Shown here: positions 41,538-55,416 of the stretch, in pieces | Layout of the letters: each line of letters starts with the position of its first letter | Position numbering within the stretch: the first letter of the stretch is position 1 | DNA from: Paraspadella gotoi | Lineage: Eukaryota > Animalia > Chaetognatha | NCBI GenBank assembly: GCA_051294375.1 | Contig: CM119268.1 | Location: 13,961,037 to 14,025,036 of the forward strand | Length of the DNA stretch: 64,000 bases | Direction of reading: 5' to 3' | Made by a program: the position numbers and the translations under genes | The notes under the pieces: generated by a model | Told to the model about the DNA's origin: nothing | Databases searched by the model: none | What the model saw: the letters and a program-made list of their open reading frames with translations, nothing else

Positions 41538-43399
41538 GAAGAGGGACATTCGTCTCTGCGATTGGGAATGGAAGGGAAAAAGGACGTGGCGAGAAAGTCT
41601 AATGTTGAAAGATATTTTCGTGGGAGGAGAAAGAAGGCGAGATAAATTGGAAGACTGAATGAAGGCGGATAAGGAAGTGAGGTGGAGCTAGAGAAGGGGT
41701 AGGAAAGAAAGGTAAGAAGATCGACTCTCAATTTAATAAGCGGAAGGAGCAGGAAAAAAAGTTGGGGCGAAAAAGTGGGAAACATCGCGGGCGACTTTCG
41801 GAACTTCGCATTTATAAAAGAAATCATCGATGAATGGAGAGGAAAGAAAGAAAGAAAGAAGGAAAGAAAGTTTGAGCCCACAATGTCGGATCTGCCCTAG
41901 ATAAATCAGATGATAAATCACGATAAAAANNNNNNNNNNAATGTCGGATCTGCCCGAGATAAATCAGATGATAAATCACGATAAAAATTTTAAATTTTTT
42001 AAATTTATCTTAAGATTGAAAATGCCCACTAGCTACATTCTAGTCTTTCTAGATAACTAGCCTTTTTCCATATAAGGCGTNNNNNNNNNNNNNNNNNNNN
42101 NNNNNNNNNNNNNNNNNNNNNNNNNNNNNNNNNNNNNNNNNNNNNNNNNNNNNNNNNNNNNNNNNNNNNNNNNNNNNNNNNNNNNNNNNNNNNNNNNNNN
42201 NNNNNNNNNNNNNNNNNNNNNNNNNNNNNNNNNNNNNNNNNNNNNNNNNNNNNNNNNNNNNNNNNNNNNNNNNNNNATTTTTTTTTCTAATATTTCTCAT
42301 TTGCACAATTCCTTAAGAATTGTTTTCCCAGTTTAAAAACGTACTTTTCTATACATATACGTATAAAGTATTAACTCTATCACAGGTATTGGAGTTTAAA
42401 GCTCAGGAGGCACGGACGGACGGACAATGGATATGAAAGAGATATGGACGGATGGAGGGATGGAGGGAAAGACAGACATAATTTTTTTTACATTATATAT
42501 GTTAAATCGATGCTCTGAAATGTTCTAATTCTTAGTTATTTTCCAACAAGATTTTATGGAGGGATCGAAGAACCAACAAAGTCGGAATCTGCCATAAGCA
42601 GATCCGAATAAAAAGTGATCGGTTCGGGTCTGAAAAAAGTCAACTACGAAAGCGTAAGACAATGTCATTAGAATGGAGACGTTGAGAATAGTTACGTAAG
42701 CAAACGGAAANNNNNNNNNNNNNNNNNNNNNNNNNNNNNNNNNNNNNNNNNNNNNNNNNTAAGTCCGTTGAGATGAAAAAGGAAGGGAGATGTTGAGGAA
42801 GTGCTTGGAGGTGCTTGGAAAATGTTCATTGTCCAATGACATTGGCAATGTACAATGTCCCATTGCCCATCTATCTGTACAGAGGATGTCGGCCGGTGGA
42901 GGGACGTGACCACCGATCACTGACCACTGTTCACTGCCATTTCGTTTCACCCCATCTATTCCAAGGGTGAGCAAACGTAGTAGGGATCAAAGGGTCGCCT
43001 GGGGTCGGTGATAGAGTTGGGAAAGAGGTCAGGGGGCGATGGCCTGAAGTGGCGTGGGATCGCACGGGCCAAGGTTCATGAGGGCTGGTATGGAAGAAAC
43101 AGTTTGTATAAAAGGTCATAGAGGCAGAGTTCGGGGCCAGAGAGTCGCGCCTGCCGAAAGAGAAAATAGTAAAGACTTAAGAACAACGTAGTTGCGCATT
43201 GGTGAAGAAGAGAGGTCAGTAGGCTCAGAGCCAAAGTCAGATTTCCACGAGAGGGAGAGGAAGAGGAAGAGAGGGTCGAAGCGCGGGCCGGGGCGACCGT
43301 CGTAACGATAATTTTACTTTTGGGACGAAGGAGCGCTAATAGACGTTTTCGCTCTTGCCTAAGAAAAGAAGAGGGAGAGAGAAGAAAATGAGAAGAAGA

Positions 43400-43462
<63 letters not shown>

Positions 43463-43575
43463 AAAAAGGAAGGTAGAATAGAAAGAGAAAGAAAGTGAGA
43501 AAGAAAGAAATAGAAAAAAGAAAAAAAGGAAAAAAGAAATAAAAGAGAAAAAATAAAAAAGAAAGAAAAATAAAA

Positions 43576-43684
<109 letters not shown>

Positions 43685-43906
43685 GAGCTTGAAAATTCCA
43701 GGGGCGAAGCGGTAGAAAAATTGGTCGACGGCGGCGGCGACCAGAGCGATGGAGCGATGGAGCGAGGACTGTGGAAATGTGGCAACGAACTGTGGTCGAG
43801 TGGAACCGTGAAATCCGTCAACGTTTTTGCGATGGAATTTCGCCACTTTTCCTCAACATTTTAAAATCGTTAAATGGAAAATCTCATTCCTCACCTCAAA
43901 ACTCTT

Positions 43907-43990
<84 letters not shown>

Positions 43991-45382
43991 CCCTTCTATC
44001 TCTCTCTCTTTCTCTCCCCCCAGGGAAACATAAAACCTCGCCCACGTCTCCATCCATCAATACTCGGTGGCCACGTCGGTTGGCCTCAACGCGGCCAGGC
44101 CGCTTCGCTTCACTGCAGCCGCGCTAATCGTAAAACCTGACCATTTCCCCGTCAATAACCGCCCCCGTTTTCAGGCAGAGCACCTGGGGCTGAGCCGGGC
44201 GGAAATTGCCTACGAGGAGAGGAAAAAAAAAACCAACGTCGAGCGATAAACTGACGGAAACAAAACTAACGAAAGGAAAAACAATTCAGTTGCTGGCTTT
44301 CCTTTCATCAACTTTTCATTTTTCATCTTCCTTATGTAGTTTTCTTTTATTTTTAAGGTTGTTTAATGCATATTTTGTTTAAAAGTTGCCTTTAACGTTG
44401 ACAATTAATTGCAGTCAACGTCAGTAAAAATAACAAACAAATAACAAACGAATTTATATTTATAACAAACGGTTTTGCTAAACTACCTAGCGTGAGTACG
44501 AACGGATTTTGGCGATCGGTGAGCGTGACGGAGGAAAGGAAAAGTTTGGCAAGGGTCTCGGTTAGTTGGCGGTGAAGGTTAGAGTTGAGACGAAGAAGGA
44601 TAGGCGGACGGATAGATGAGAAATGGTGAAAAGGATATTAAGAGAAAAGACAGAAAAAGTCGGAATTGTAGAGAAATTAAGAGATGAAAATAGGGAAATA
44701 AGGAGCGATATTGAGAGAAGTAGAGAAGAGAGATAAGGATAGAAAAAAAGAAAAAAAAGGATAGAAAAAGAGACGACGCAGACTGGTTTGCCGCAGGTGT
44801 CGTTGTGGTAATTAAGGGTCTCGAGTTACAGTGAGACGCGGTTTTGTCGCCAAATCGCGCACGCTTCACCTCGTTCGCAGTTTTTTTTTGTTTTTTTTTT
44901 CAAAAAAAAAAAAAAGGCAAACGACTGTTGGACTCAAATTCTTGAAGAATCAATGTAACTGTCAACGTCTCCCATTTGTGGCGGAGAGAAAACAGTTTGT
45001 TTGTTTTTTTCACTTGAAAAAAAAAATTTCAGAGAAAATTTTGGGTTTTCTTCCTATACTTTTTTCGGGGGGGAGGGGGCTCGTTCCTTTCTTGATTTTT
45101 TTTTTCTCCTCCCATTTTTTCACGTCGCCTGGAAAATGGCGGCCATTCGGAGGCGGAACCTGGTGGGAGAAAACGGGCGACGATGGGGAAAAGCGGAAGA
45201 ACCTTTTGTTATGAAAATCAGCGTCGTCGTCGGCGTAGTCAAATGCCGCGTCGGTGGGGGGGGGTGGCTGCGGCGACGGAGGCGGCGTTCGTCCGCAGTT
45301 GGAAGGGAAACAGCCGAAGGAGAACAGATGTTCCATTCTTTTCGCACTTCTGTATTTTCGGTGTGAAATGAAAGAGAGAGAG

Positions 45383-45486
<104 letters not shown>

Positions 45487-45889
45487 AGAGAGAGAGAGAG
45501 AAGAGAGAGAGGAGAGAGAGAGAGAGAAGAGAGGAGACGAGAGCAGAGGAGAGAGAGATGGCGAGCCGCGTCTGCGCATAACTAGAACAATAAAAGCCCA
45601 TATTTTAATTCAAATTTTTTCGTGACCCCACGGGAGAAAAAAGCCAACATTTTAATTAATTTTGCAGAAAAGACTAAGAGAGGAAAAAAAAAATAGAATG
45701 AGAAAAAGGGGAAAAAAAACGAAAAAATGAAAAATTTAAAAACAGGGAATTTGTGAAAGGAAAGGAAAGAAAAGAAAGAAAATAAAATAAGGGAAAAAAA
45801 TGGAGAAAGTAAAATGAAAATTAAAGAAAAGGAGAAGCAATAAAGGATATAGGATCGACAAAAAATAAGCGATAAGAAAAGAGAAAAGC

Positions 45890-45927
<38 letters not shown>

Positions 45928-45937
45928 GAAAAAAAAA

Positions 45938-45975
<38 letters not shown>

Positions 45976-46307
45976 AGAGAGAAATAGATTGAAGCTAAAA
46001 GAAGAAAGTGGCGAAAGGAAGAAAGTAGACGGGAAGAAATAAAGACGCCATAAAGAAACTGATGGAAAAGAGAAAACAAAAAGGAAAGAGAAAGTCGCGA
46101 ATAAGCCATAGATGGATGGATGGACGGATGGACGGATGGACGGACGGAATGAAGCAGCGATTATAGAGTGAAGAAAGCGAAAAAGTAAATAGATAGGGGG
46201 ACAAGGAGGAAGATGGTCGAAAGCAAATAAAGAAAGCTTGAAAGTAACGAGAAAGAGATCAAGAAATAATTCAGAGGAGAAAGAAAGGAAAAAAAAAGAG
46301 GAGGAGA

Positions 46308-46360
<53 letters not shown>

Positions 46361-46450
46361 TGAGAGGAGAGGAGGAGGGATGGATATCTTGTGAAAATGG
46401 ACGACGAACCGAGATAATTTACGGCGGAAGCCAACGTTAACGATCCCGAA

Positions 46451-46670
46451 AGGATCAAAACAGAAGCAGGAGATCAACATGAGGATCAAAACAGAAGCAG
46501 GGGATCAAAGTGACGTTCTCAACAGAAGAAGGGGATCAACGTGAGGATCAAAACAGAAGCATGGGATCAAAGAGACGTTCTAAACAGAAGCTAGGGACCA
46601 ACGTGAAAAAAATAAGCAGGGAAACATAATAAGGATCAAAGCAAATGTAGGGTATGAAAGTGAGGATCAC
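46451..46670. repeat. Minisatellite, 31-bp unit with two alternating variants
   Basis: Units at 46451, 46482, 46513, 46544, 46575 with ggatcaaaacagaagc (A) or cgttct.aacagaag (B), in the order A,A,B,A,B. Confidence 0.85.
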
Positions 46671-48614
46671 ATTATGAATACAAAATGGAAATTAAATTTT
46701 AAAAAAAGCAGATATTGTAAACCGAAAATTACAAGAAAAGCAATTATTTTATATTTCATATCATAAAAGCTAAGAATCACAAAGAAACTCTAGAATGAAT
46801 GCGAGGGATAAAAAATAAATAAAAGAAAAAAGTGGTTATCAAATAAAATCCTCATGCGAGGGCTGGGGATCGAATAAGATTCCATGAAGGAAAGGGGGAT
46901 CAAACTGGGTCCTTTTAAGGGCTGAGGATCAAATGGGACGAGTTAAACGCAGAGGGTCGGACGATGGATATGAGCGCTGAATAATGAAGAGGATCTTTGA
47001 AGACGAGAGAAGATGGAAAAAGGTGAGAATAAACGAGAAGATTAGATCAAAAGATGCCGCGCGTTGAGAAGGAAGGAAATTTCCTTCACAAGGTTGGATT
47101 AAACGGATGAAGTTGATGTTATTAACAATAACAATGTATTAATACACAATTTATACAAACTAGAAACTGCTAAGCAGTAAATATTGTGAAAACGAATTGC
47201 TGAGTCTGAGTTCTTGTTATTATTTTCTGAAAAAAGATAACTATTTAATTTAGAAGGAAAAAAAATATTATGTAAAGTTAAACACTAAACTGTCTCTATT
47301 AATTGTTTTTTTTCTTATCACATAGTTTATCGTTTCGTTCCGAAAAGAAAAGCCCCCAGACGTCACCTTGACAACAAAGCCCGTTTGAGTCCCAACACAA
47401 TTTGCGAGAAAATGCGAAAAAAAAAATGTAGAAGATGAGATTAATGTTTTTCCTTTTTTTTTTCCACGCGAAAGAGAAAATATAAAGATTAGACTCCGCG
47501 CGCGCGCAAAAGTGAGATAGAGAGCGAGAGAAGGAAAAGCAAGAGACGTAGTCGTAGAGACAGAGAAGTTCGAGTGAAAGGGAAAGAAAATAACGCGTGA
47601 AATTGAATGAGGAGGAGGAGGAGGATCAGGAGGAAGAGGAGGAAGAAAACGGGAGAGGGAGGGAGAGAGAAGTCGTATAGCGCGCGTAAAACGTCATAAA
47701 AAGGAGATCCTTGGAACGGGACGTCGACGACGACGACCAAGACGACGAGGCACAAAACAAAAAACCTCGAATATGACAGTGAAAAGAAAGAAAATAGGGG
47801 AAAAAAAGTGTAATGGTTTCGAAATCGCGAGGGCGCGTGATCCCCTCCTTGATCCCGGGATGGAACTCGTTCCCTTCTCGTTCCTTAGTTTTTCTTCCAT
47901 CCCTTCCCACTTTCCCTTCTTTTCGTTTTACTTAGCTTTTCTCTCTTTCATAATTTCTTCATTCTAGAATTATCTTTAGTAACTTTTTCTCGCGCTTTAA
48001 GTATTTATTCTTACCTTCTTTGTTGTATGTTATCAAACACAATTATTTTTTTTTACAGCTAAAAAAGTCCATTCTTTTCTATCCTGCTTATAGTTTATAG
48101 TTTCGACTTCACCTCCCCTCTCCCCTCATCCCACCAAACCAGTATTTCTCTTATCATCCTATTCACCACATCCATTTATTATTTCTTTCCCTCCTTCCTT
48201 TGGTCACCTTACTTTCCTGCCCTACCCCACTCCCCCACCTGCTATCCTGCCCCTCGGTTCGATTTAGTGGAAAGACGAACGAGGTTTAGGACGGGCGGGA
48301 AAAAAAAAAAAGAAGGATCGTTTGGCCATAATTCTATTATGTTATAAGTCGTTCCAGTTTAACAAAGCGCCGGGGCTTAGGGGCGAGGATCTACAAGGGA
48401 TGTGCGCTGCGAAAATAATCTGCCCCGCGAAAAGCGATATTTATTTGTTTCCTTTTTATTTTCGTTTTATTATTTCTCTCGGCTTCTCGTTTTTGCGTGC
48501 GAGCTTTTTACGGCGGTATATCTTTGCTACTTATGTAACGTTTTTTCGATTTTGTGGGCGGGTATCTGTGTGAGAGTGAGTGATTATGTGTGTGTGTGTG
48601 AGAGAGAGAGAAAG

Positions 48615-48677
<63 letters not shown>

Positions 48678-51600
48678 GGCTCCCTTGCTTTTTTTTCTCC
48701 CTTCATTAGTCACAAAGCAATCTAGTCGAAGCGACGGAGAAATGACATTAATCACTACGAAAGGCATAAACGAGTCACGAGTCCCCCGATTGTGAATGAA
48801 AAATTCACCATAGCGAGAAGCTCTCGTCCCGCATACGAACTGACTTTTGGCATAAATAAATATACGTACTTATACCTTATTAAAGAGGTTGAGCGTAGAA
48901 ATACACAGAACAAAAAGTAAGTTTTATACTGTAATAAACAGTTGTTTTCATGTCACTACTAAAACTTTGAAAAAACCAATTTCTGAGATGGGGTCGTAAA
49001 CATTTTGGCTTCTCCCAACGAAATATCGTATTCCGATTTCGAAAAAAGAAAAAAAAGAAAATGAAATGAGCCGCATCGGGCGAAAAGAAAAAGTTTTTTT
49101 CCGTTTTTCGCTGATTCGTCAATATCTGTAGTAACGTCCTTACAAATCCACAGGGCGAGAGGCATAGTTCATTATATTAAAAGTATTTATCGGCATACTG
49201 CTGTGTGCACTCGCCACACGGCATTGTAACGACGCTTTTTTTTTCAGTCACTGTCCGTCCCTTCGCCCCAAATCACGACTCCTTTTCTCTCCTATTTTTT
49301 CTCTCTCTCGTTCTTTCGTCTTTCGTTCTCTTCTCTCCTTCCATTTCAGTAAAACCTCCTGTTTTTTTACAAGTCCGTGCCGGAATATAACTTCTTTGTC
49401 TTTCTTTTTCTCAAGTTATTGCGTTTCTTTATATCTTTTATGACTCTGTTAGAATGCTCTGTTACTCTTTCCACTTTCGTCCCACTTTTCCTCTCACCCA
49501 CCCCCGGCCCGGTTCATCCCAAGCTCCCTCCCTCTCAACGTTTTTCCAACCTAAATATTCCATTTTTCCCGCTCCTCTTGATTATGGATGGACGAGGAGA
49601 AATTTCGCCATCATTTCTCCGGCGATGTCATCTTCGGCCCGATATTCGCCGAGGGACTGCAGCGGGGTTGGGTAGGGGTAGAAGAGTTGGTTGGCCCTCC
49701 ATCGGAATTAGGGCGATGAGATGCACAGATGCACACTGCAAAGAGTGCACAGAGTGATAACAATTGATTTTAGTTTTAGTGTTAGAGGGTGAAAGTTGTG
49801 GGTGATGCCGTCGGGCAGCGACCGGGCTTGAGAAGCACGAGAACCGGGAGGTGGTATAATCATATTTTGAATAGTAAGGAATGAATATAATTATTCATTT
49901 AATAAACAAGTTTACTTGTTGGACAAGTTGTGCCTCCATCCATCTTATAAAATAATAACATAGCAAGACCCTGCAAAGTTTTTTATCAAGACTATGTGAT
50001 TGTAAAATGAGTGCAGAGAATCCGATCACTAGTATGTATTTGTGTAGAATGTATGAGAAAAAGAGTTTGTGTTCTTACTATTCCTGAGACAAATTAGCGA
50101 CCAAGAATGCGTTTGATACTTAATCTGGCTAAGAAGACAAACCAAAATAATTTAGGCATGAGCATTGAGCAACTACATAACATACGTATAAAATTCTCGT
50201 CAATCTTATTCGAAAAAGTTTATCACTTCATGCAAAAAACGCAGCCTTGCAATGGAAAAGTGCGTAAGGAGGTTAAAAGAGTGGTCTCCAAATGGAACTC
50301 GGGGACGAATTTAAAGGAAGACAAATATCAAAAAGGAAAAAAATAAGCATTTCGGCGCCAAATTTTGATGGCGGTGCCGGTGATGGCTGAAGCGAGCTCG
50401 ATTCGTCGAAATACCCTGGCGCACGTCACGGAAGGGCTTGACTCGAAGGTGAGCCCGAAAATCTCGAGGGAGGCGAGAAGAGGGGAAAAGGTTGGGTTTG
50501 GGGGAGGGAGAGGTAAAGAAAGACCAAGAGAGAATAGAAAAGAATGTGAGAAAATTCACTGGAGCGAGAAAGTGTTTTTGCCAGAACATTTTTTTAAGAA
50601 GAAAGCTTTGAGAGAAGAGAAGAGGGGAGGAGGAAGAAAGATGGAGAGACGACGGAGAGAGGATGGAGAAGAGAGAGAGTTCTCCAGCAAATGGAAAAAT
50701 GAACGACTGGGTTGAGGTCGAGGTCGTCTTCTCGCCCGGCAATCGTTGCGACGTCGTCCGCGGTTCGTCGCGTCGTAGTCGCTGACGTCGTCGTCGATAT
50801 TCGGGGTCGTGTGATTCTCGTGATGGCGCATGGCGCCGTGAATTGGATTGGGGGTCAGGTCGACGGAAGGGGAAAAAAATGCGTAAAACAATATCCAGTG
50901 TTTTTTCGGGCACCAAAAAAAATTCAGAAAGGAATATATGTACTATGTAGTATTAATAGTCTCAGGCGACTGAAACCCCCCGAGGAAGAATGATAAATAC
51001 TAATATAATAATATAATATATATATAATATATATATAATAATATAATATATATATAATAGTAATAAGAAATTTAAGTTTTCAGTATGCTCAAATTGATTA
51101 CACGGACAAAGAAATTGAGAGAAAAAAAGGATTTAGAGGAAGGCCAAGCGACGTCATACTCGGAATCCGTGGAGCGATCAAGGGTGATGACAACGCCGAC
51201 GTGCACCTACACATCTGCACACAGCGATGTTTCATTACAAGCCGGCATCATGCGAGTCCTCTGCTCGCTTCATAAACTTCGGCATCTAATCGTACAACGA
51301 CCGACGAAGCCAGTGTCACCCTCACCGGATCACACGAATTCAATTCCTCCTTAATCATTGAGTAACACTTTCTAACCATATAAATCCTTCCTTTTCCTCG
51401 TCTTCTGAAATCATAAACCATACGGAAAAAACAAAAAAGACGTATTTGAAAAATATTTGTATAAATATGACATTATTTTCTACTGACATTTTCCCTACGG
51501 AAAGAGTACTAAATTTATTTTCATGGTTTGACTGCGTCAATCAGAAGTTGGAAGAAACCTTTAAAAAATATGAAACTCGGGTGTTACCGCAATATGCAAA

Positions 51601-51832
51601 TTAGATTAAGTACTTAGAATTAAACTTTACGGACGAGCAAGTCGTCGGTTATAACCCGAATTCTAGTCATCGACCCTAACTAAACCCTAGGCTGTTGAAC
51701 AGTTGAACAATCAAAAAAATGTACACAATAAGACTTATTATAAAAATTTATTATAAAAGAGTAATATTAAAAAAGATAACAAGCATTCTGTTAAATCAAT
51801 ACGAAGAGAAAAATGTACTCGAAACGATCCCA

Positions 51833-52009
51833 AGCTGAACCGGAGAAAGGGTTACCCAAATTTTAAAAATATAGGTAAAACCACGCCTATTTATTGGATT
51901 AATACATAATTCTTACGATGGTAGTTCTCATTTTATACCCTGGAAATAAATACTGAAATAATAGTAGAATGATTTTAATTTCATTAATTTATTCATTCCC
52001 GGTTCGGCT
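51833..52009. mobile_element. Possible small MITE (about 14 bp imperfect inverted ends)
   Basis: agctgaaccggagaa vs the reverse complement of ttcccggttcggct (agccgaaccgggaa); AT-rich interior. Confidence 0.3.
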
Positions 52010-53830
52010 CGAAAATACTATCGATTTATTTCTCTTCTATTCCATTACAAAATTGTTTTCCATTACCTTCTTGATCCTTGTCAGAACGACCATGCGGAAG
52101 TTGCAAGAACCTTGCTAAAGTCAACACCAAGCAGTACAAAAGTCAAGCTATCACTATATGTGAATGCGCGAGTTTTCGAAATTTGTCGATGTAACTCGGA
52201 AAGCCTCGTCCAAAGCTCGACTGTATTTTGTGGTTTGACAAATGCCCTCACGAATATTGTACGTGCGTTATATATTAGGTCTTAGGGGAGATGGACCGGG
52301 ATTTAAAAGTATTTTTAACTCGCTAGTGAGATTCTCATGGACGCTTTGTATGAATTCTATACAGAGTATGTGGGGGTACTGCGAGTATGTTAATCATTTG
52401 AGTCGACAACGGGAATAAGAAAAAAACTTTTTTATAGTCGAGGACGATTTTTTTTCTCTCCCGTTGTGAATTATTGGTTTTCCATTCGAAAATATATCAC
52501 CGAACGATTGTTAAAATTTTATAGTTTTTTCTCACTTTTTCTGTAGAAAAAGTTCTATTGTGTCGGTTTTGTAAAGGAGGTGGTGCTTTGATAAAATATA
52601 ATTATTATAAGGTTTTCTTAAGACAAAGCTTGTCTGAAAGCACTTACATTTTCGATCAAGTCATTCATTTAAGTACACATAAGGCAGCAGGAATGCATTC
52701 TTGCCACGGTTGTTACCATGACGTAATGAAGTCGGTCTTTGTCTGCTCGTAAACGTTAACTTTCAAACGAAAATAATTCATCTTCAAAAATGAAAGTACG
52801 TAACTTAAATTATACTATAATCACTATAACAATTCAAAATCATAACAATATACTTAGCTTGTCCAAAGTTAGGGCCTTGTTTATTAGCCGGATCTGCTTA
52901 CAGCTGATTGCGGCTCTTTAATTCACTTTGTGGGTCAGTCGGTCATCCACTGAAATTATATCAGAACTTCAAATTATGAAAAATTAAGTAATTGGCGTTC
53001 ATTACTAAGTGGGGACGGACGGACATATTTTTTTTGCTTATGAGTGGATAAGGCGATTAACTTGAAATTTTGTGAGTGGGCAAAGAAGTGTGTCATTGAG
53101 CTGGAATTCAAGTTTCGATAGAAATGATTTTAAATGGAAAATATAAAAAAGCTGTTTCACTATTTGATTATGCTTTTTATTTTTGTATTAAATGTAAATG
53201 CAAACTGTAATAATGTATTAATAAATAAATAAATTAATTATTTAGTTATCTGTAAAGCTGCTTACCACTAATGATTGTATGAAGATCCGTCATTGCTTGC
53301 TAAAACTTGTTTCATAAAGGAATAGGTTAAAATTGGTTGAACAAATTAGATAAGAAATATGAAAATGGAAACTATGATCCGAAAAATTTAAACAAGCAAA
53401 CAAAATTTTAGGCCGACTATAAAAAAAGGCGTTTTTGATAACGACTAAATAAAATTGATTATCAAAATCATATACATGATTAAAACAAAAATCAATCGTA
53501 TAAATTCTATAGTAATATGCAACATTAGTCGTGACGACAAAAACATTTAAAAACTGGAATGTATTTCTAACAGAAGTATGTTTTTCGTCGGGATCCGTCA
53601 AATAGGATATTGAGCGATTTTTTAAAAAAAAGATACAAATTAAAAGTAATATTTTCCTGTACACGATAAACTAGATTCACTCGATCTTGACACTCGCAAA
53701 TCGGTGTCAATACAATTATCATTCAAGCTACTTCTGAATAACAATATAATGAGCTAAAACATTACTGAGAAACTGATAATTGTAAAATATGGATCGCTAC
53801 ACTAAGCAACGTTTAAAAAAAGATATCACA

Positions 53831-53836
53831 TTTATT
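53831..53836 (-). promoter_or_regulatory. Candidate polyadenylation signal (AATAAA) of grh
   Basis: tttatt on the + strand about 30 bp downstream of the grh stop codon. Other AATAAA hexamers exist further downstream. Confidence 0.45.
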
Positions 53837-53865
53837 GCTCTTTCTCAGGAGATCTTGGTACGTCG

Positions 53866-54229
53866 TCACAAAATTTCCGTGAGTACGACTCGGATCTCAT
53901 CCCCGCCGCCGCCGATCTCGATGGTGAAAGTGTCTTCGTCGGCGTAATGTCGAATCACGTCGTCGTCCATGACGACGGTGATGTTTTTTCGGCACCGCTT
54001 GTGCACTGTGGCGATCTTCTCGGCCGGTATTTTGAACTTGGACTCAACGGCGCGTTTGAGGCCTTCCACTGTCGGCGGCAGCACGATCAGCGCGGTAAAG
54101 ATCTCCTGCTCGGGTTTGCGGACGTAGAGAAGAACTTTGTCGTCTGTCGAGGAGGCGCGCCGACGCTTCGACGGGGGACTAGAGGTCGAGTCGGAGTCGG
54201 CGCCGTCCGACCGCGAGGGAGACATGGAG
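53866..54229 (-). CDS. grh: Grainyhead-family TF last coding exon (basic NLS-like patch plus C-terminal dimerization domain)
   Basis: Acceptor ttccccctcag, phase 2. SMSPSRSDGADSDSTSSPPSKRRR...KVLLYVRKPEQEIFTALIVLPPTVEGLKRAVESKFKI...KRCRKNITVVMDDDVIRHYADEDTFTIE...LTEIL-TGA is a typical Grh C-terminal domain. Confidence 0.95.
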
Positions 54230-54445
54230 CTGAGGGGGAAGGGTGAGCGAATGTGAGAAATCATGGTCGGTAGATTGATAAGGAGGGTGGGGGGGTGGGG
54301 CGACGAAAATGACGGGATTGTGCAGGACGAAATCATCAGCGTTTTACTGATCTTTACACGAAGTAATCCAATAAGTAATCCAAATGGCTTTAAATATTTA
54401 CGAACTGCGCAATATGCTATTTTTCCAGTCTGGGAGCTACCTCAC

Positions 54446-54531
54446 CTTTGAGAAGGTTGCTCTTTTTCGTTAGAGGTTGACGTTGCGAGATAGCTAAGCG
54501 GCGCGTAGGCGTAGTTCGGGGGGAAAGGGTC
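54446..54531 (-). CDS. grh: Grainyhead-family TF linker exon
   Basis: Acceptor gcgaattag, donor gtgagg; 86 bp, phase 0/2, open frame DPFPPNYAYAPLSYLATSTSNEKEQPSQ. Its phases bridge the phase-0 upstream exon and the phase-2 last exon. Confidence 0.78.
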
Positions 54532-54847
54532 CTAATTCGCATAAAAGAGAGAAAAAACGGAAAAATTCATTACTTCAACGTCAAGAGAAACTTTTCGCGT
54601 GGAATCGTAGAACGGGAATGACAAAACTTGGACAATAAAATACAAGTATATTTCGGGGTGTTTTTCGGGTTTTACAGGATTTGCAACGTTGTCGGGGGGG
54701 AAGGCAGGAACGAAATCAGGAATTTCAGGATTTTCGAGTTAAGCGCACAGTCTGGATTGGGGACGGTGCGGTTAAAAAAAACCTGCTTCCAACAGAAAGG
54801 GGCGTGAGAGAAAATGAGAAATAGCATTCTAAATCTCCAATACTTAC

Positions 54848-54963
54848 CCTGGCTTCAGCGTTTTCAGGCCGGAAGAGGTACGGCTTGGAAATGAGATCGG
54901 CCATCGCATAAAAAAAGAGTCTATCAGCCGAAGGATGGTAGTGCTCTTCAATTCGTTTTCGTC
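54848..54963 (-). CDS. grh: Grainyhead-family TF exon
   Basis: Acceptor tttgatttag, donor gtaagt; 116 bp, phase 1/0. (R)RKRIEEHYHPSADRLFFYAMADLISKPYLFRPENAEAR resembles the recalled Grh segment RKKLDELYHP..DRSEFY..D..KPPVLF.P. Confidence 0.9.
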
Positions 54964-55049
54964 CTAAATCAAACAGTAAATATTAAAATTTTTTTTACCA
55001 ATAAACGAAGCAAACTCAACTCTCTCGAGTGAGTTTTAAACATAGATAT

Positions 55050-55170
55050 ATTTAGGAAAAACAGTTTTTTGAAATGGGGTCGGACATGTTTCGACGCTTA
55101 CAGTTTTAGAGTCTTCATCTGCTTTTACTTTAAATTCGTTGCCACATTTAAAAAAACTGTTTTCCTAAAT
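55050..55170. repeat. About 120 bp hairpin element (about 30 bp imperfect inverted arms) enclosing the degenerate hammerhead
   Basis: atttaggaaaaacagttttttgaaatg (from 55050) is nearly the reverse complement of catttaaaaaaactgttttcctaaat (ending 55170). Confidence 0.8.
55081..55121 (-). ncRNA. Degenerate hammerhead motif of the same family, sense strand of grh intron
   Basis: Minus strand reads CAGAUGA-A-GACUC...GCGUC-GAAACAUGUC-CG and shares GAAGACTC and GTCGAAACATGTCCG with the 58.6 kb copy. Core CUGA is changed to CAGA. Confidence 0.55.
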
Positions 55171-55416
55171 CCTAAAACAACGAAATCGAAAGTCTATAAG
55201 TAACATAGATATAGAATTAGAGAAGTAATAAATACTTTTCATAATGTATCAATTGTTCGAATAGACCTATGACAAAAAATTCCTCAACTCGATCCAAATA
55301 GAAACAGCACTTCTCGAAAAAAAAACAAAAACGAAAGCGTAATCATTGCCGTCCCTGGGCGTGGCGGGAGTTAAAAGAAAACGGTCCCTCGAAACTCGTT
55401 AAATAAGTTGACTCAC

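Noticed and set aside
41882-41987. About 48-bp direct repeat flanking a 10-N gap
   Set aside because: Typical overlap of unmerged contig ends.
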